From: Amoebidium appalachense
Taxonomy: Eukaryota > Protista > Ichthyosporea
Length of the DNA stretch: 64,000 bases
Direction: 5' to 3'
Assembly: GCA_963693365.1 (NCBI GenBank)
Contig: CAVNZM010000016.1
Span: forward strand, 4,521,149-4,585,148
Below, in pieces: positions 51,045 to 64,000 of the stretch (its first letter is position 1; each line of letters begins with the position of its first letter). A program made the position numbers and the translations under genes. The notes under the pieces are model-generated. The model saw nothing but the letters and a program-made list of their open reading frames with translations. It was not told the DNA's origin and ran no database searches.

Positions 51045-53214
51045 CACACACAGAGACACCAAGTCTTGTTAAGACAACGGCTGCGCCTGTATAAAGGAAC
51101 CGGATTAGATTTTTCGAAACCTGCTGCTCTGTATCACGTAGTGTCTTGTGTGAATCAATACACAAGCATATTCCCTAGGCATTTAGCTTTTAGTGTTATG
51201 TCTGGCTAGTTATGACAAATGTACTGACACTGAGCTTTGTCTATTACTTGCTGTTTAGCAATGGAAATGGATAACGACCAATGTGCATATCTGCGCTGGC
51301 AAACACTTCTGAACTATTATTACATAATGCAACGATATGCATGTCTTTTGAATAAATGAGAGTGATGCACAAATGTAACACAAAAATGTAACAGGCCGAT
51401 ATATTGTGGTGTTTCGGCCACCATGGAAAGATAGTCAAAGATCTTTAAAAATATGCGTTCAGTCTGTTGGCTTATCTGAGATAACAAAGCTCGTAGAAGA
51501 ACGCCAGCTTGCAGTTACTGTAGACACACACACACACAGTGTCACACGCACACACACACACACACACACACATGTGCAGGTGGCACACACTCGCGCACGT
51601 AAACCGCTGAGGCAGTGCCACGCACCCAGGTGAGTACACACGCATGCGCACACATTGTCAATGAGCTCACACACGCATGTACATTGGTAGATGAACGCGT
51701 GCACGGACGTAGCACTTAGTCTACGACGTACGTACGTATGCACACACACATTTTCAAGCACACGCACACTGGGGTTATAGGCAGAACCAAATGTAAATTT
51801 AAATGCTAGCTAGCTCGAGTAGCCTCCTGAGTAGCCAGCTAGAGTACTAGTAGCCTCGAACGGGAACACATCACGGTGCACGCACACGCATGTACACACA
51901 CAAATTCACGTGTCTCTGCAGGCACACTAGAACACACGCACAAAAAAAGAGGTACAAAGAAAGAATGGAGCCCAATAGAAGTAGTAAGGTGGCTTTGAGG
52001 GACGGTCCACTAACACACGTACACACAGTCACACACACACACACACTACATAATTGTCACGCGTACGACGCAGCTGCACACCGCCAGGTACGGTGCACTC
52101 TACGCGCTGATCGCGGATATTGATCGGAACAAAGATACACGGAAGTTGGTGGGTCCCTATGCAATATGGGCGCCGGGCGTGGGAGGGATAATAGCTGTGC
52201 GCACTCAGTCTAATAATTTCTGATTACTTAGTGAGGGAGCCGCAGGGAGGGACTCAGAGGGGGAGAGGGGGGAGGGGGGAGGAGGGGGGGGGGGGGGGGG
52301 GAGAGTCCAATGCATGGGTATCCAAGTATGCATATCGGGGGGGGGGGGGGGGGGGGGGGGGGGGTTTTGAATAGATCTGCCGGGCCCCGGCTGCGTTCCG
52401 ATTGGCAAATAGAATGCTGCGTCTGAGAGACAACCAATGAATGGGCTCATCCGATTTTGAAGCAAGTTGCAACCGGGCCCGACGGCCCCGGCCGCCGGCG
52501 GTAGAACACCGTGGGCCGTGCAGAGTTGAAGTGAACAAAGGAAGAAATCACGTTAAAAAAAAAAAAAAGAAAAAAAAAAAAAAAAGCATGGTTTTCAGAT
52601 GACACACAGAGAGAACACACCCCACGGGAACACTCTATGTATCACCCATGAAAAAATGTACCCAGCAACACCTTGTCCAGGCTTTTCCTGGGAGTGCCCC
52701 ATCTGCACAGAAGTCCGCGTACTTCTTCAACTCGAACACAACAAGATAAAACTTGAGAACCTGAACACAAACCAATACCAGCACCTCTGTAAAGTGGTCA
52801 GCACCATAAACCAAAGAAAAAAAATGAGGCTAAAACCAAACACGTTTTTATACACGTACATGGAGGAATCCTCCGGATATGCTGTCGTGGTGAAACGAAA
52901 CTGGACCGTTTCTGTGGCCGGTCCAGGTGTTCTACCCCCCAGGAACCCACTATGTGTTGATCCGAACACCGAAGGTATGTTTTGCCGTTTTACTGTGTTT
53001 TCACATGTTTCGGGGTTTCTGCGGACCACATGCCCCCCCCCCCCTCTTACATGCACGCACACAAACACACACTCAGACACATACGCACACACACACATAC
53101 ATGCGTACGTACACACGCACACACGCACACACGCAGAGACACCCACAAACATACACGCGTGCAGGCACGCGCTGCGCGCACACAATGTCCCACACCCGCA
53201 CCCACACGACCCCC

Positions 53215-53256
<42 letters not shown>

Positions 53257-53718
53257 CGCCCCTCCCCCCTCCCCCACCGTCCGCCTCCTCCCCCACTTGA
53301 ACACTAATTAGAGAAAACCTTTCACATGGGAGCTGTCTCCTCCTGCTGTACTCTCAGTAGTGCAGTGTTTACATGTTTGCTTGGTCATTTCATGTAACAC
53401 CGCATTGCATCTTGAAATGCTTTTGACACTCCCCTGTGGCATACTTCGTTTCTGAATCTTCTGGAACCCATCCTCTGCGATGCAATCTATCCATCGTTTT
53501 GTTCATCTGCACACTCTCAGCAGCGCTATGTCACCTTTTACTTGATAGTTACAGCGCTTGTTAGAGTTTTTCTAACATGTGTATAATTTCCATACAATCA
53601 AAACCTCCCGACACCATAGCAAGCGTTCCTGTAAAACAACAATTCGAATGCCGACCCCCCCCCCCCCCCCCCCCCCCCCTCCACCCCCATACACACACAC
53701 ACATGAACACATCTACAG

Positions 53719-60165
<6,447 letters not shown>

Positions 60166-60167
60166 CA

Positions 60168-60204
<37 letters not shown>

Positions 60205-61621
60205 CACGCCCCCCACCGTCCTCCTCCTCCGCCCCCTCCCCCCCCCCCCCCCCCCCCCCCCTCCCCCCCTCTCTCTCTCCCCCCTCTCTCTCTCTCGCTC
60301 TCTTTCTCTCTCTCTCTCTCTATATATATCTCTTTCTTTCTCTCACTCTTTTGCTCCCACATTCTTACTCTCTCTGTCATCTCTCTCTCTGTTGCTGGCC
60401 TACTCTGTCTCTCCTCTCTTTCCGTCGCCATTCCGGCTTTCCGGCCCACGATTTTTATTTATTTATTGCATCATAGGCGATTGAAAACGGACTCAGTGAA
60501 GTAACGCCACTGACATGAAGAGTTTTTAAAAGCAAGCATGCATGAATTTCATGCGGCAAAAATTCATGCATACATGTGCATATAAAAGGCATACATAGGC
60601 ATATTCGCACAAAAATTAATACTCAGTTGTACGTTCTCAGTGTTGTCTCAAAATGCAGGCAGCCCACTCACACTAATGCATGATCCAGTAACTGTTCAGA
60701 GTGAAATTTAAAGGATGGGTAGCATATGTAATCAGGTTTACGCTACCTAGAATTCGGAAATTTAAACTTGTGAAAAATACCTGGCATTACACTGTTTACT
60801 TTATTCCATTGGCGTGTAATCGTCTAAAACATGTAAGGTGCCCAGCATGCTCACGATGTCATAAATTCTAACAGGAATTATACAGATTTTTCGAATTGAA
60901 ACTCGCACGCGCATGTATATATTATTATTAAATAAGGATGTGACCACAAAAGGCCAAGCTCGAATTCAGCAATTAAAATGGCCCGGCTTAACGTGCATGT
61001 ACAACTTCCTAGAGGTAATACGGACATATGCCCCAGACACCCAACAATACCCCCTCCCCCCCCCCCCCCCCACCCACCCACCCACACACACACACACACT
61101 TACACGTGCACACACACGTACGCACATACTTAATTGGCCATGAGAGGCGCCTTGTACTATGTTATAATGCCAAATCAACCATATATTTTCCTAATAATTA
61201 GTATAGTCGCTTTCGACCCCACCCCCCGGGTGGTACACACATATATGTACACACACATCATGAAACATACTTGGCAATCACTCATATAGACATACCCACT
61301 GCACGTGACACTGCTGGATCCCCTCAACCACCAACCCACTTGCACAAAACGTGCATAAATACATACACGTGCAACTCACCCAACCGCACATGGAGGGAGG
61401 GAGGGAGCGAGAGAGAGATCACGCTTTTTGTTCGAAGTTCCGAAGTAGTACAGTGTAATTTGTTTGGGATCCCCGTTGTCATCAACCGTATGACCAGGCT
61501 CGCGCAGTAATACACCGCAGCTACATAAAGGTGCTGTACAACTCCTTTCGTCACTGTAGGCTACCGAGGGGATGCGTAAAAAGAAGACATACACTCCTTC
61601 AGGGACGCAAAAGCTTCAGAA

Positions 61622-61657
<36 letters not shown>

Positions 61658-62859
61658 ATCAACAGAGGCCTGGGGCACTACGATGCAAAAGAAGAGAGGG
61701 ATGGTTGTAAAGAGAACAGCCCAAGAGCAACCAAGAAAAAAAGAGGCCTGAAAGGATATAGGGAGAAAAGAAACAAGAGAACACACTTGCTATGAGAGAA
61801 CGACGTAACCAAAGCAGATCTATGGCACAACCTGAAGCAAGCGAGAATTTCAGAGATGGGGAAGGAGAAGAAGAGAAGGCAAAAGCATGGAGGAAGACGA
61901 GGATGATGGAAGGCCGTGGACAAGAGGAAGGAGAAAAGGACAACATCAGCACTTGACAACAGGTTGTATAGCGGTTTCGGCACATGTACCAGCGACATAA
62001 CGAAATACCCTGGTTCAATGGGACTCAGCATAGTACGCAACGCTTTGTGCCAGTAAATCTCGACAAAAACAGCCTTACCAAACGTAATTGTTTGTCTAAA
62101 CTGTGTTTTTGGTGATACCGAATACGAACTATCCTGACTTAGGTATAGTTAGCTGTATGCAGACTCGCCTGGTATGTAAGACTCCCATCCCACGTTCCTT
62201 GTTCGTCATTTTCCTTTTCTTTCATTCAAAAATCATTTGAATATCCTCTCCATGACGGCGTTGCCCGACTGAGTCGGGACTGACTGAAGAAGATGAGTCC
62301 TAATATCCATATATAGACATTTGGTTTGGTATTGCGTAATCGAATTGCTTAATAAACCAATCGTTGGAGCCTAAAGCCGATCTGATTTCCTTCTGGCGCG
62401 AACAGTACCAGTGGCCAGCTTGACCTAAAGTTTGCAGCAGACATGCCTCGAGCTGAGCGCGCTGCGGCTGCACACATTTATTCCACAGTTGTGGCTAAGA
62501 GATGTTGCTGATTCTCAGTTGGGAAATTGACTGCTTGAAATAGATTTGAGATTTGTGAGTGAAAGAAAGTTGTGCGTTAAGTGACTTAGTATGTTGTGAA
62601 CACAAGGGCACAATCGACGAACAGAAACGGAAGTAAAGGAGGAATGAATCGTTTTTCTTGGTGCACCGTTTGATTTTACCGCCCATAGCCTAGTTGGCGC
62701 AATATTATGACTTTCTTGTTATAAAGAACAATCAGTAGGTGGCTTGTTACGCTCGTTTGACTTTTGTTGTTGTACATTGTTGAGAGATATCATTTCAAGG
62801 AGTTCGAGGTGTTTAGTGAGGTTGTAAGCTTGTGCGGGAGACTTCGTTTTTACCCGAAG

Positions 62860-63697
62860 ATGGCCTTCATTGGTAGCCTGTTTTCCGCTGCCAAGAAGCT
62901 CTGGGATAGGGGCGAAGGTGACTTTTTTGAGACAGAGAACCGCCAGCAAGCGCAGCGGAGGACAGACGAGTAAGTGTCTGTGGTTCTGGATTCAAGCTTG
63001 CTTGTAGCTCACTGCTTCAGCTTTTGAGCAGCTGCTTCTTCACTTGCGATATAACTGTTCCTGTTTCCTTCTTTCTCACATGTTTTCTTGAGTTTTGAAG
63101 AGGTGGAGTTCACGTCTACAGGCTGTTCGCTTGGCCCACACAACATGACCAAGCCACCTGTTTGAGCTACACTTGTTTTGGATTGGTTTTTATCTGTTTT
63201 CACATTCCCGTGGCCTTAGAAACCAAAGCATTTTGCTTCCTTTCGGAAGGCTTTCAAATGGAAAGTGATCTCTATTATAATCACAGCTCCATTACACTTC
63301 CGGGGGAAGTGGGGAGGTCCGTACGTTTTTTAGGGCGGGGGGGGAGGGGGGGGGGGCTGGTTGTGGTGTGTGGGTGTATATGTGTGTGTGTGTGGGGGGG
63401 GGAGGGAGGGGGGGGAAGAGAGGAGGAGGATGGGAGGTCATAAAACTAAAGGTGCATGTTGTTTCCTTACAGTGATGACCTCACGAGAGATAGCGACGAG
63501 ACCTACCAACCAATCAAGCGGGCACTTCACTACGAGTAAGTGTTGGGTGTTAGATGTGTTCATGTTAATTTCCTTTAAAGCCCATGTTGAAAAAGGTTAA
63601 TGGTGTGTAAGGGGTAGTCAACCTTGCAAAGAGGTCTGAATAGTCATTGTGTTAAGATGGTTGTTAGTAGGTGGAACTTGTGGGACATGCTCTTTGT

Positions 63698-63743
<46 letters not shown>

Positions 63744-63916
63744 CTGCTTGTGCAAGTGAGGGACGAAGGGAGAGGAAGAGTTGCAAGGGAGGGAATGGAG
63801 ATAGATGGGCAGAAAGTGGGTGCCAAACTGGTGAAAAGATGATATGTTTGCTGAACTTTCTGGTTTGCCACAGGGAGGATGACTCGCAGCTGTCTCAGGA
63901 GTGGGACCAATATGAG
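62860..63916 (+). CDS. 5' exons of an unknown gene continuing past the window end
   Basis: Exons 62860-62969, 63473-63535, 63874-63916 with GTAAGT/GTGAGT donors and matching phases: MAFIGSLFSAAKKLWDRG...DDLTRDSDETYQPIKRALHYEEDDSQLSQEWDQYE. Confidence 0.65.
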
Positions 63917-64000
63917 GTGAGTTTTCTTTCTGTTTTTGCTTGGCGTGCTTGGTGTTTGTTGTGTCCGCGCATGTGTGGACGTGTGTGTGTATAGAGCAGT

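Noticed and set aside
52599-53300. 233-aa ORF as a stand-alone gene
   Set aside because: Its second half is intronic repeat. The first part is probably an exon of the downstream gene, but its phase could not be reconciled.

Overview
Eukaryotic genomic DNA in two sharply different parts. (1) About 1-16.45 kb is the right-hand portion of a gene-dense, intronless, virus-like insert whose left end lies outside the window. It encodes a tandem Bro-N-like protein, a Fic AMPylase, a patatin lipase, a CEHGK-repeat zinc-finger PD-(D/E)xK-type endonuclease, an SF3 helicase followed by an iteron-like dyad, a C2H2 zinc-finger protein and several ORFans. After these comes a ~5.6-kb cassette bounded by ~210-bp inverted repeats. 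The right repeat expands into 7.6 identical 92-bp palindrome-rich units. Inside are three coiled-coil ORFs, two of which converge on a ~28-copy TTAGGG-containing minisatellite. (2) About 16.5-64 kb is host DNA with small exons and introns full of (CA)n/(GA)n and poly-G/C. By hand I assembled phase-consistent spliced genes: class I PITP (10 exons, including an 8-nt micro-exon), mitochondrial MAM33/C1QBP, a BAR-like protein, a large unknown protein with a possible inactive ERCC4-like domain, and the 5' end of another gene. This part also has an intronless secreted NlpC/P60 hydrolase of probable bacterial origin, a MITE with an ATT target duplication, and an intronic repeat family that is always co-oriented with the host transcript. 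The host is probably a unicellular holozoan-type protist (inference only). No database searches were run: all family calls come from motifs read by eye, and most ORFs in the supplied track are microsatellite artefacts.
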